NCBI GenBank assembly: GCA_017429765.1
Contig: JAFROJ010000074.1
Span: 6,649 to 70,648, forward strand
Length of the DNA stretch: 64,000 nucleotides
Direction: 5' to 3'
Source of the DNA: Bacteroidales bacterium
GTDB lineage: Bacteria > Bacteroidota > Bacteroidia > Bacteroidales > UBA932
Shown here: piece by piece, positions 38,376 to 47,581 of the stretch
Position numbering within the stretch: position 1 is the first letter of the stretch
Layout: the number at the start of each line of letters is the position of its first letter
Translations under genes and position numbers: made by a program
Notes under the pieces: model-generated
The model's database searches: none
Seen by the model: the letters and a program-made list of their open reading frames with translations, nothing else
What the model was told of the DNA's origin: nothing

Positions 38376-39203
38376 TTATTTTTTGAACATATTCTTAATC
38401 AAATCCTTATGGGAATGGGCGGCGTTGAAGAGAGCTTCCATGTTGACCTTGCTGTCCTCGCCGTCGGGGTTAGGGCAGACTTGAAGGAAACCTCCGGGGA
38501 GCCGCTCGCTGTAGAGGGCGTCCTCGCGGAGCGCGGTGCCGTAGTCAAAGTACAGTTTGGAGGAGATTTCCTCGAGAGTGGCGTTCAGCAGCACGTCCCG
38601 CTTGTCAAGGATGATCACGGGGTCGATGATGTTCTCGAGGTCCCTCACCTGGTGGGTCGAGATCACGATCGTGGAGTCCTCTGGAGTGTATTTCACGATC
38701 GCCGCCCTGAACTGGGCCTTGGAGGGGATGTCGAGCCCGTTGGTGGGCTCGTCCATGAACAGGTACTTGGCGCCCGTGGCCAGGGCGAGGGAGATGTGGG
38801 TCTTCTTCAGCTGGCCGGCGGACATCTGGTTCATTCTCTTCCCGGGATCAGTCTCGAACTCCCTCATGATGACGATGAACTTGTCGTGGTCGTAAAGGGG
38901 CCAGAAACGCCCTCGCTCACTGGCGTAATCCTCAGCCTTCATCGCCGCGGGAGCCACCTCGTCGGGGAGGTAATACTGCTTCTCCAGCAGGGACGGGGCG
39001 CGGTCGAAAGGATCCTGGCCGTCAGTCAGGATACTCCCGCCGCTGACCTTCTTAAGGCCGCTGAGCAAAGTGAGCAACGTCGTTTTCCCGACTCCGTTCT
39101 CCCCGAGCAGGCCGTAGATCCTGCCCTCCTCGAGGACTGTCGAGATGTTCTTCAGCACCGGTGTTTTCCCGTAGCTGAAAACGAGGTCTTTGATCTCAAT
39201 CAT
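38376..39203 (-). CDS. ABC transporter ATP-binding protein
   Basis: GENGVGKT, SAGQ and MDEPTNGLD motifs. Confidence 0.93.
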   Translation of the reverse strand: MIEIKDLVFSYGKTPVLKNISTVLEEGRIYGLLGENGVGKTTLLTLLSGLKKVSGGSILTDGQDPFDRAPSLLEKQYYLPDEVAPAAMKAEDYASERGRFWPLYDHDKFIVIMREFETDPGKRMNQMSAGQLKKTHISLALATGAKYLFMDEPTNGLDIPSKAQFRAAIVKYTPEDSTIVISTHQVRDLENIIDPVIILDKRDVLLNATLEEISSKLYFDYGTALREDALYSERLPGGFLQVCPNPDGEDSKVNMEALFNAAHSHKDLIKNMFKK

Positions 39204-39218
39204 ATTTCGCGGTTTTTA

Positions 39219-39240
39219 GTGTATTAGTTCAATAGTACAC
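39219..39240. promoter_or_regulatory. Palindromic YtrA/GntR-type operator
   Basis: GTGTATTA-N6-TAGTACAC (7/8 inverted repeat), immediately downstream of the -7 box TATCTTTG (39243-39250, minus strand). Confidence 0.75.
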
Positions 39241-39282
39241 CGCAAAGATACGAATGAAAATCAATAATCCAAATATTTCGGA

Positions 39283-39726
39283 CTATTTCAGATGATTTTT
39301 TCTCCACTCCGAGGGAGTCATCCCGGTCGAGGATTTGAATTGATGGCGGAAGTTGGACTTGTCGCTGATCCCGAGAGACTGGCCGATCTTGCAGGCGGGA
39401 GTCTCCGGGAACTCCAGAAGCATCCTCTTCGCGTCCTCGATCCTGAGCTCTTTCCTCCAGGAGAGGAAACTCATCCCGAAACGCCTGGCGCAGAAGTAGC
39501 TGAGCTCGTCCGAGGTCAGCCCGAGCTCCTCGAGGATCCGGTCCATGGGACCGTAATCGATCCGGTACTTGCCGTCGGACACCCATCTCTCCAGCCTTTT
39601 CCCGACCCTGGCCATTATCTTTCTCCTGATGGCGTCGGCCTCCGCCTTTTTCCGCTTGACCCGGCGGTAACGCCTGATCCTGATTCTCAAGGCGGTGATT
39701 GGAAGTTTTCCTTGGTTTAAGTTCAT
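39283..39726 (-). CDS. Small AraC-family helix-turn-helix protein
   Basis: SFLSWRKELRIEDAK and GISDKSNFRHQFKSSTGMTPSEWR motifs. Confidence 0.85.
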   Translation of the reverse strand: MNLNQGKLPITALRIRIRRYRRVKRKKAEADAIRRKIMARVGKRLERWVSDGKYRIDYGPMDRILEELGLTSDELSYFCARRFGMSFLSWRKELRIEDAKRMLLEFPETPACKIGQSLGISDKSNFRHQFKSSTGMTPSEWRKNHLK

Positions 39727-39775
39727 GTCTTTTACGGTTTTAGTTTAAAAGTATAGCAATTTAGAAAAATTCGTG

Positions 39776-39783
39776 TACTTTTG
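39776..39783 (+). promoter_or_regulatory. -7 box for lysA
   Basis: TACTTTTG, 22 nt upstream of the lysA ATG. Confidence 0.65.
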
Positions 39784-39805
39784 CAATGTTGTATATTGAA
39801 CGGAC

Positions 39806-41020
39806 ATGCTTAGGATTGATGATTTCGCCTCTTTCAGGAGAGTTGCCACCCCTTTTTATTACTACGACATAGATCTTTTCCAGAGGACAGCCGACAAGGT
39901 CGCCGAGCTCTCCTCCCGCACCGGCATTCATGTCCATTATTCGGTGAAGGCCAATTCCGACAGGAGGTTGAACGACATCCTGAGCTCAAGAGGGATCGGC
40001 GCCGACTGCGTGAGCGGGGACGAGATCGATTTCGCCGTGAGTTGCGGGTACGACCCCAAGAAGATATTCTTCGCCGGTGTGGCAAAGTCCGACAAGGAGA
40101 TATGCCAGGCTTTCCAGGTAGGGATCGGGGCCTTCGTCGTGGAGTCCCTCGAGGAGATCGAGATCGTGAGCGACATAGCTCGAAGGCTCGGCCGCAGGGC
40201 TCCGATGAGCCTTAGGATCAACCCGAACATCGACCCCCACACCCACCATTACATCACCACCGGGCTTTACGAGGACAAGTTCGGGATCTCCGACAGGAGC
40301 TTCGACGAGGCTGTCGCCATGGTCAAGGACAATCCCTACATCGATTTCTACGGCCTCCAGTTCCACATCGGGTCCCAGATCCTCGAGGTCGAGAGCGTGG
40401 TCAAGCTCGAGTGCGAGAAAGTCAACGACGTGGTCGCCCGCTTCGAGAGCACCGGCCTTGTTGTCAGGAATATCGATCTTGGCGGTGGCCTGGGAGTCGA
40501 TTACGACGATCCTGACGGACATCCTGTGCCGGACTTCGACACCTGGTTCAGGACCATCCACGACAACCTTGCCCACCGTCCCGACCAGCAGGTCCACATC
40601 GAGCCGGGCCGCTCTCTGGTGGCCCAGTCCGGTTCCCTCATCACCGAGGTCCTCTATGTCAAGAAAGGGGAGAACAAACGTTTCCTGATGGTCGACGCCG
40701 GCATGAACGACCTCATCCGCCCGGCCCTGTACGGAGCCTATCACAAGATCGAGAATCTCTCCGCCCATTACGAGGACCAGGACAGCCGCGACACGAGGGT
40801 CTACGACGTTGTCGGCCCTGTCTGCGAGTCGTCCGACTGCTTCGGCAAGGAGCGCTCCCTAGCCAAGAGCTGGAGAGGGGACAGGATCGCCATAAGGAGC
40901 GCCGGAGCCTACGGCCAGGTCATGGCCTCCAGGTACAACATGCGTCCTTTCGCCCCGTCCGTCTATTCGGACAGGATCGCCGAGGCTCCCAGAAGGAAGG
41001 ACTATTTTATCTCCGAATAA
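39806..41020 (+). CDS. lysA: Diaminopimelate decarboxylase
   Basis: YSVKAN (PLP Lys), HIGSQ, DLGGGLG, EPGRSLV, GPVCESSD and GAYG motifs. Confidence 0.95.
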   Translation: MLRIDDFASFRRVATPFYYYDIDLFQRTADKVAELSSRTGIHVHYSVKANSDRRLNDILSSRGIGADCVSGDEIDFAVSCGYDPKKIFFAGVAKSDKEICQAFQVGIGAFVVESLEEIEIVSDIARRLGRRAPMSLRINPNIDPHTHHYITTGLYEDKFGISDRSFDEAVAMVKDNPYIDFYGLQFHIGSQILEVESVVKLECEKVNDVVARFESTGLVVRNIDLGGGLGVDYDDPDGHPVPDFDTWFRTIHDNLAHRPDQQVHIEPGRSLVAQSGSLITEVLYVKKGENKRFLMVDAGMNDLIRPALYGAYHKIENLSAHYEDQDSRDTRVYDVVGPVCESSDCFGKERSLAKSWRGDRIAIRSAGAYGQVMASRYNMRPFAPSVYSDRIAEAPRRKDYFISE

Positions 41021-41035
41021 TCTGACGACTGCCCT

Positions 41036-42361
41036 CTAACGTCTGAAGGAGCGCATCCGCTGGGCCATATTCCCGGTCAGGGCGCCTTTCATCATCTTGC
41101 GGGTCGCCTCGAACTGCTTGAGAAGTTTGTTGACCTCGGTGACATCCGTGCCGCTTCCGTCAGCGATCCTCTTCCGCCTGCTCCCGTTGATGATCTCGGG
41201 ATTGTCCCTCTCGGCGGGGGTCATCGACATGATGATGGCCTCGATGTTCTTGAAGGCCGAGTTGTCGTCTATGTCCACATCCTTGATCATCTTCCCGACC
41301 CCGGGGATCATGCCGGCCAGATCCTTGATGTTACCCATCTTCTTGACCTGCTGGATCTGGTTGTAGAAGTCCATGAGGCCGAACTTGTCCTTGGCGAGTT
41401 TCTTCCTGGTCTCGCGGGCCTGTCTCTCGTCGAACTGCTCCTGGGCTCTCTCGACGAGGGAGACCACATCGCCCATCCCGAGGATCCTGTCAGCCGCGCG
41501 GTCCGGGTGGAACACGTCCATTGCGTCCATCTTCTCTCCGGTTGAGACGAACTTGATGGGCTTTCCTGTCACGTGTTTGATCGACAGGGCGGCTCCACCC
41601 CTGGTGTCGCCGTCCATCTTCGTGAGGACCACTCCGTCGAAATCCAGCCTCTCGTTGAAGACCTTGGCCGTCTCGACGGCGTCCTGTCCAGTCATGGCGT
41701 CGACCACGAACAGCGACTCAGTGGGCTTGACGGCGGAGTGGAGGGCGGAGATCTCGTCCATCAGCTCCTGGTCCACGGCGAGTCGTCCGGCGGTGTCTAT
41801 GATCACGACCGGATAGCCTTCCGACTTGGCCTTGGCGACGGCGGCCTTGGCGATCTTGATGGGGTCTTTCTCCCCGTCCTCTGAATAGACCTCGACGCCT
41901 ACCTGCTCTCCCAAGACCTTCAGCTGCTCGATGGCGGCGGGGCGGAAGGTGTCGCAGGCGGCAAGCAGGACCTTCATGCCCCTCTTGCTCTTGATGTGGC
42001 CTGCCAGCTTGGCCGAGAAGGTGGTCTTACCGGAACCGTTCAGACCAGCGACGAGGACTGTCCCTGGATTGCCTTTGATGTTGATCTCGGACGATTGGCT
42101 GCCCATGAACTCGGCCAGCTCGTCGTGGACGATCTTCACCATCATCTGCTTGGGGTTCACGGCTGTGAGGACATGCTGCCCCATCGCCTTGACCTTGACC
42201 CTGTCGCAGAACTCCTTGGCGACCTTGTAGCTCACATCGGCGTCAAGCAGGGCCCTGCGGACATCCTTAAGGGTCTCAGCCACATTTATTTCTGTGATCC
42301 GGCCTTCGCCCTTCAGTATCTTGAAGGACCGCTCCAGCCTTTCCTGTAGATTCTCGAACAT
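41036..42361 (-). CDS. ffh: Signal recognition particle protein
   Basis: GLNGSGKTT, DTAGR, DAMTGQDA, TKMDGDTRGGAALS motifs and a Met-rich M domain. Confidence 0.97.
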   Translation of the reverse strand: MFENLQERLERSFKILKGEGRITEINVAETLKDVRRALLDADVSYKVAKEFCDRVKVKAMGQHVLTAVNPKQMMVKIVHDELAEFMGSQSSEINIKGNPGTVLVAGLNGSGKTTFSAKLAGHIKSKRGMKVLLAACDTFRPAAIEQLKVLGEQVGVEVYSEDGEKDPIKIAKAAVAKAKSEGYPVVIIDTAGRLAVDQELMDEISALHSAVKPTESLFVVDAMTGQDAVETAKVFNERLDFDGVVLTKMDGDTRGGAALSIKHVTGKPIKFVSTGEKMDAMDVFHPDRAADRILGMGDVVSLVERAQEQFDERQARETRKKLAKDKFGLMDFYNQIQQVKKMGNIKDLAGMIPGVGKMIKDVDIDDNSAFKNIEAIIMSMTPAERDNPEIINGSRRKRIADGSGTDVTEVNKLLKQFEATRKMMKGALTGNMAQRMRSFRR

Positions 42362-42383
42362 CTTTAACAGTCTTTTGAGAGTG

Positions 42384-42391
42384 CAAATATA
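42384..42391 (-). promoter_or_regulatory. -7 box for ffh
   Basis: TATATTTG on the minus strand. Confidence 0.7.
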
Positions 42392-42395
42392 AGAA

Positions 42396-42426
42396 TTGTC
42401 CGCGAGACTACGAGTCCCGCGGACAA
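42396..42426 (-). terminator. Terminator after the orphan susD
   Basis: 14-bp stem TTGTCCGCGAGACT / AGTCCCGCGGACAA with one wobble; U-rich tail on the minus strand. Confidence 0.7.
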
Positions 42427-42455
42427 AACTAAGCTGAGATTATCCTGTAAGATGA

Positions 42456-44180
42456 CTACCAGCCGGGGTTCTGGCCAAGGTTCGGGTTGAGGTCGAGCTG
42501 GCCTGAAGGAATAGGACGGAGGTAGTGCTTCTTGTCGAAGGTGCGGGTGCCCTTGGCGGTCATGTCGATGTAGCCGTTGGCGTCCACCTTGGCGGTCGAC
42601 GTGGCGGTGAGATGCTCGCCGACCCAGGCGCCCTTGGCGATGTCAGGATAGTTGCCGGTGTCGAGCTTGTCAAGCTGATGCCAGCGGACAAGGCTCCAGT
42701 AACGGTCGTTCTTGTCATACATCAGCTCGACGCGGCGCTCGCGGCGGACCTCCCAGATCAAGTCGCTGACACCCATGTTGTTGGCGGGGTCAGGACGAGG
42801 ATTGGCGGAAAGGTTCGGCATGCCCGCGCGGGCGCGGAGCTTATTGACGCAATCGACGGCGCCGGAGGCGTCACCAAGCTCGGCGCAGGCCTCGGCCTTG
42901 TTGATGATGATCTCGGCGAGCCAGAAGATGGGGGCGTCGGTGTAGTTCTTCCCACCCTCGGGACGATAGGCCACGGGGATCTCGTTGGTGTCGAACTTCA
43001 GCACTCCATAACCAGAGGAGGAGGTGGTCAGGTGACCGACCCCGTAGCGCTGGTAAGGGGTTCCGTTGTACATCAGGTTGGCGTCGATGGACTCGGCCAG
43101 ACGAGGGTCGCGGACGGCGAGGACCCCGCTGAGGTCGGCGTTCCAGGCGTTGGTCGGATGCTCGGTGAAGGTAGCGTGGTCGCTCTTGTCCTCGGAGGTG
43201 TTGGCGAGGCACTCGCCGTCGATGAAGAGGTAGGAGTCGAACGCGGCCTTGGACATTCCGCTCTGCATGGTGGAAGAGCAGGTGTAGTCGATCAGGGAAT
43301 GGCAGAAGGAGTTCTCGAGAGTGTACTTCTTGTACATGATCATCTCCTTGTTGCCGTTCAGGTCGATCGAGTTGTAGGTGGCCCTGTAGGAGGAGCCGAG
43401 AGCGTAGTTGCCGTTGTTGATGAGGGCGTCGCAGGCTGTCTTGCACTCGGTCAGGTACTTCTGGGCGCGGCCGCTGTCGGCGGCTTTCTGGCCGTCGGCG
43501 CTGCTGCGGTACTTGCAGAAGGTTCCCTCATAGAGGCAGATCTCGGACTTGATGGCCTGGGCGACGGCGCGGTTGAGCTCAACCCTGGAGGTGGACTCCT
43601 TGATGTTGGCCACGGCGAAGTTCAGGTCCTCGAGAACCTTGTCCATGACGACGTCACGGTCGGTCCTGCTGGAGAAGATGTAGCCGTCGCGGTCTTCCTC
43701 GGTGACGTCAAGCACATGGTCGACCCAGACGCAGTCCCCGAAGGAGCGGACCAGGACATAGTGGTAATAGGCGCGGTAGAGACGGCCGACTCCGATCCAG
43801 TGGTTCTTCGAGGCCTCGCTCATGCTCTCGATCCCGGGAACCTTCTCGATGAGGGTGTTGGCGCGGCGGATCTCGGTGTAGCTGCCGTTCCAAGTGCCGT
43901 TGGAGGCGTCGACAGTGCGGGAATACCAATCCTGGAAACCGCTGCTGATCTGGTTGTCGTTGAGGGTCTGCCAATAGAACACACCGTTGGTGGAGGTACC
44001 GTTGCCGTAGCCTACCCACTCGTTGTAGAAGTAGTTGGCGAACATCTCGACGTTCTTCTCGCTGGTCCAGAAGTTCGAGTTGGTGAAGTCCGTGAGGGGC
44101 TCCTTGTCAAGAACTTTCTCGCAGCTGGCAAGAAGGACGAAAGACAACATCACTACGATGATATGGTTGATCTTTTTCAT
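42456..44180 (-). CDS. susD: SusD/RagB lipoprotein
   Basis: Lipobox LASC; LYRAYYHY.LVRSFG and RRERRVEL motifs; C-terminal NPGW. Confidence 0.95.
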   Translation of the reverse strand: MKKINHIIVVMLSFVLLASCEKVLDKEPLTDFTNSNFWTSEKNVEMFANYFYNEWVGYGNGTSTNGVFYWQTLNDNQISSGFQDWYSRTVDASNGTWNGSYTEIRRANTLIEKVPGIESMSEASKNHWIGVGRLYRAYYHYVLVRSFGDCVWVDHVLDVTEEDRDGYIFSSRTDRDVVMDKVLEDLNFAVANIKESTSRVELNRAVAQAIKSEICLYEGTFCKYRSSADGQKAADSGRAQKYLTECKTACDALINNGNYALGSSYRATYNSIDLNGNKEMIMYKKYTLENSFCHSLIDYTCSSTMQSGMSKAAFDSYLFIDGECLANTSEDKSDHATFTEHPTNAWNADLSGVLAVRDPRLAESIDANLMYNGTPYQRYGVGHLTTSSSGYGVLKFDTNEIPVAYRPEGGKNYTDAPIFWLAEIIINKAEACAELGDASGAVDCVNKLRARAGMPNLSANPRPDPANNMGVSDLIWEVRRERRVELMYDKNDRYWSLVRWHQLDKLDTGNYPDIAKGAWVGEHLTATSTAKVDANGYIDMTAKGTRTFDKKHYLRPIPSGQLDLNPNLGQNPGW

Positions 44181-44201
44181 ATTCTTGTTCGTTGTTTGAG
44201 A

Positions 44202-47200
44202 TTAGAAGGTAACCTGCACACCACATGAATAAGTCTTCATCAGAGGGTTCACACGGCCCCATGACACGCCCGACCCGTCGTTCATCTCAGGATCGATGCC
44301 GTTCTGACGGTTGTGGTTGATGATATCCAACAGGTTGTTGGTGGCGGCGTACACCCTGACCTTGTCGATGGAGATCTTCTGGGTCAGGTTCTTGGGGATG
44401 GTGTACCCGAAGGTGATATTCTTCAGACGGAGGTAAGCCATGTTGAGGATGTACTTGGTCTGAGGATAGTAGTTGTAACGACCCGTGGTGATGATGTTGG
44501 AGCTGATGGTTCCCTGGTTTCCGGCGCCTCCGTAAAGACGCGGGTGATCGGCGCTCTGGTCAACATTGCCGCTGTTGATCTGGTCGAGGGACACATAGTT
44601 CATCTGGCCCTTGTAGATGGCGTCGGCGCCTCTGGAATAAGGCATCACGAACTGCGAGACGGTCCAGATGTTCCTCTTGCCGACTCCCTGGAGATAGATG
44701 TCAAGGTCGAAGCCCTTCCATTCGCCGCCGATACGCAGCGAGTACTGGTACCTCGGTGTGGTGTTGCCGATCTTGACAAGGTCGCCGTGGTCTTCCTCGG
44801 TTCCCTTGCCCCAGTCGATGACGCCGTCACCGTTCTGGTCGACGAACTTGATGTCGCCGGGCCCGTAGTGGAAGTTGCCGTTCTCGAGTTTCTTCTGGCT
44901 AGCGGAGTTGGCGACGTCGGTCGCTGACTCGAAGTAGCGGTCGGTCTCGAATCCCCAGATGTCACCGTAGGTCTTGCCGGTGTAGGTGGTGTTCAGCTGC
45001 ATCGCGTCGTTCTTCCAATAGGTGACCTTGGTGGTGTAGTCGGAGAGGTTGGCGATGGCGTAGAGGTTGAACTGGCCGAAGTTGTGGTGCCAGTCGACAT
45101 TGAGCTCCCAACCGCGTGAGCGGAGCGAGCCGGCGTTCTCGTAAGCCGCGCTGGTTCCGAGGACGGCGGGCATTGTCTGGCCGGGGGCGAGCATGCCCTT
45201 GGTGTCGCGCTGGAACCAGTCGAAGGTGACGTTGAGGTCGCCCTTGAGGATGCCGAGGTCAACACCGATGTTCGTGGTCGCGAGGGACTCCCAGGTCAGG
45301 TCGGCGGAGACGAGCTTCGGCAGGCCGAAGTAGTCGTATTTGGCGGTGCCGCTACCCATCCAGTACACGGAGTTGCCGTACTTGGTCATGGTCTCGATGA
45401 ACATGTTGGTACCGACTTCCTGGTTGCCGATCACACCGTAGGAGGCGCGGATCTTCGCGTTGCTGACAACGGGCTTGATGGGCTCCCAGAAGCTCTCCTG
45501 GGAGATTCTGTAACCGACGGAGGCTGAAGGGAAGAACGCCCAGCGGCTGTTGGCCGGGAACTTGGAGGAACCGTCGTAACGGCCGTTAAGCTCGACGAGG
45601 ATCTTGTCGGCGTAGTTGTAGTTGATCCTTCCGAAGAAACCGGCGGAGCCCCAGTGCGTGTGCCTGTGGGTGTAGCTGTAGAAGGTGGGGGTCAGCGCGA
45701 GCTCGGGGAGGGCGGGATCCATGACGTCATGGTTCTCGTAGTAGAGGTACTCATATTCCGACTCGTCGACGTTGGTACCGGCCATGATCTGGAAGTTGTG
45801 CTTCTGGGCCGGGCTGAACTCGTACTTGGCGTAGAGGTTGGCGGTGTAGCCGTTGGTGAACGAGCGGGATGTCTCCACGAAGCTGGTGGTCACGAGGGTC
45901 GAGCTGGGAGCCTGGATGTTACCCCAGGTGTTGTAGACGGTGAGGGGGACTCCGACGCCCTTGTAACGGGTGGTGTAGTTCGTGAAAGTGAAGTCTCCGT
46001 TGAGGGTCAGGCCCTTGGCGAGAGTCGCCGTGGCGAACCCGCCGAGACGGAGGTTGGCGCCGCGGTCGTAGGCGTCGCCCGCCTGCTTGCGGTAGCCGAT
46101 GATGTTACGGGCGTCGATCCCGTTGATGGTTCCGTAGGGGCCGAAGTTGGAGGGCCAGCGCCAGACATAGGCCAGGCCCATTCCGCGGGTGTACGGATAG
46201 TCGTATTCCTTGTTCATGTAGTTGACCCTGGCGCCGACATTCAGCCACTTCTTGACCTGGGAGTTGACATTGACGGTCACATTGTACTTGGTGCGGGTGT
46301 CGGGGTTGAACTTCATGATGCCCTGCTGCTTGTCCATACCGATGGACATGTAGTAGTTGGTCTTGCCGGACGAGCCCTGGATGGAGAGGGTGTGGTTCTG
46401 CGATGGGGTGGCGTTGTTGAACACGATCCCGACCACGTCCCAGTCGGCCACATAGGAGCCGGACCCGTTGGCGTTGAAATAGTAGTCGTCGTCGAGGACC
46501 ATCTCGCGGTACCCGGACTTGCCGCCGTGCTTCTTCTCCCAAGTGGCGACCGCGTTGATGAACTTGGGATCGTCGAAGTAGATTCCGAAGAGCTCGGACT
46601 CGACTCCCATGTTCTTGTTGACCTCGTTGAACGCTGTGACCTGCTTGCTCAGGATGTCGTAGTCGGCGAGGTTGGTCGCGGAGCTCCAACCGAAGTTGTT
46701 GGAGTAGCGGATGACGGCCTTCTCCGAGGTCTTGCCGGCCTTGGTCGTGATCATCACGACACCGAAGGCGGCCCTTGTACCGTAGATGGAGGTGGAGGCG
46801 GCGTCCTTGAGGACAGAGATGTTGTCAATGTCCTGGGGGTTAAGGTAGGAGATGTTGTCGATCGGAACACCGTCGACGATGTACAGGGGCTTGGAAGTGC
46901 CGCTGTTAGAGAGGGTTCCGATGCCGCGGATGGTGATCGTCGGATCGGCGTTGATGTCACCGTTGATGTTGATGACGGTGAGGCCGGGCACGGCTCCCTG
47001 GAGGGCCTTGCCCAGGTTGGTCTCAGACTTGGACTCGAGGGTCTTGGTCACGTCCACTGTGGAGACGGCGCCGGTGAGGTTGGCCTTCTTCTGTGTGCCG
47101 TAACCGACGACCACGACCTCGTCGAGGTACTTGGAGTCTTCCTGCAGCGTGACGGTCATCCCGTTCCTGGCGGCGACGACGACGGTCTCATAGCCAAGGA

Positions 47201-47474
47201 AGGAGATCTCCAGCTGGGCGCCCTCGGCGACAGCGATGGAGAAAGAACCGTCCGAGGCGGTGACAGCCCCGCGGTTGGTTCCCGGGATCATCACGCTGGC
47301 TCCGATGACCGGTGAGCCCTGGGCGTCGACCACCTTTCCGGTGATCGTCCTCTGCTGGGCCTCGGCCGCGAGATCGGTTTTTGATACCTCAGCCCGCAGG
47401 CTCCCGAACGAAAGGAAGCCCGTGAGCAGGATCATGAGAAAAGCCGGAACTCTTGAAACATGATTCTTTTTCAT
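44202..47474 (-). CDS. susC: SusC/RagA TonB-dependent transporter
   Basis: LDEVVVVGYG, SVLKDAASTSIYG.RAAFGV.MITTK and RYDGSSKF motifs; C-terminal Phe. Confidence 0.97.
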   Translation of the reverse strand: MKKNHVSRVPAFLMILLTGFLSFGSLRAEVSKTDLAAEAQQRTITGKVVDAQGSPVIGASVMIPGTNRGAVTASDGSFSIAVAEGAQLEISFLGYETVVVAARNGMTVTLQEDSKYLDEVVVVGYGTQKKANLTGAVSTVDVTKTLESKSETNLGKALQGAVPGLTVININGDINADPTITIRGIGTLSNSGTSKPLYIVDGVPIDNISYLNPQDIDNISVLKDAASTSIYGTRAAFGVVMITTKAGKTSEKAVIRYSNNFGWSSATNLADYDILSKQVTAFNEVNKNMGVESELFGIYFDDPKFINAVATWEKKHGGKSGYREMVLDDDYYFNANGSGSYVADWDVVGIVFNNATPSQNHTLSIQGSSGKTNYYMSIGMDKQQGIMKFNPDTRTKYNVTVNVNSQVKKWLNVGARVNYMNKEYDYPYTRGMGLAYVWRWPSNFGPYGTINGIDARNIIGYRKQAGDAYDRGANLRLGGFATATLAKGLTLNGDFTFTNYTTRYKGVGVPLTVYNTWGNIQAPSSTLVTTSFVETSRSFTNGYTANLYAKYEFSPAQKHNFQIMAGTNVDESEYEYLYYENHDVMDPALPELALTPTFYSYTHRHTHWGSAGFFGRINYNYADKILVELNGRYDGSSKFPANSRWAFFPSASVGYRISQESFWEPIKPVVSNAKIRASYGVIGNQEVGTNMFIETMTKYGNSVYWMGSGTAKYDYFGLPKLVSADLTWESLATTNIGVDLGILKGDLNVTFDWFQRDTKGMLAPGQTMPAVLGTSAAYENAGSLRSRGWELNVDWHHNFGQFNLYAIANLSDYTTKVTYWKNDAMQLNTTYTGKTYGDIWGFETDRYFESATDVANSASQKKLENGNFHYGPGDIKFVDQNGDGVIDWGKGTEEDHGDLVKIGNTTPRYQYSLRIGGEWKGFDLDIYLQGVGKRNIWTVSQFVMPYSRGADAIYKGQMNYVSLDQINSGNVDQSADHPRLYGGAGNQGTISSNIITTGRYNYYPQTKYILNMAYLRLKNITFGYTIPKNLTQKISIDKVRVYAATNNLLDIINHNRQNGIDPEMNDGSGVSWGRVNPLMKTYSCGVQVTF

Positions 47475-47538
47475 GAATAAAAAAGGTTTGTGAATAAAGA
47501 TATGGTTAGATAGTTTGGTCTAATTGGTCCTTAATGTC

Positions 47539-47569
47539 CAAATATAGTGATTTTTCTCGGGATCGCAAA
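47539..47569 (-). promoter_or_regulatory. Canonical sigma-A promoter for the orphan susCD
   Basis: TTTG (47566-47569), 19-nt spacer, TATATTTG (47539-47546). Confidence 0.8.
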
Positions 47570-47581
47570 GAAACAGACATA

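Noticed and set aside
42525-47315. Long antisense ORFs (42525-44228, 567 aa; 45654-47315, 553 aa)
   Set aside because: They mirror susD/susC codon for codon. Avoidance of TTA/CTA/TCA codons on the sense strand removes antisense stops, and no motifs are recognisable.
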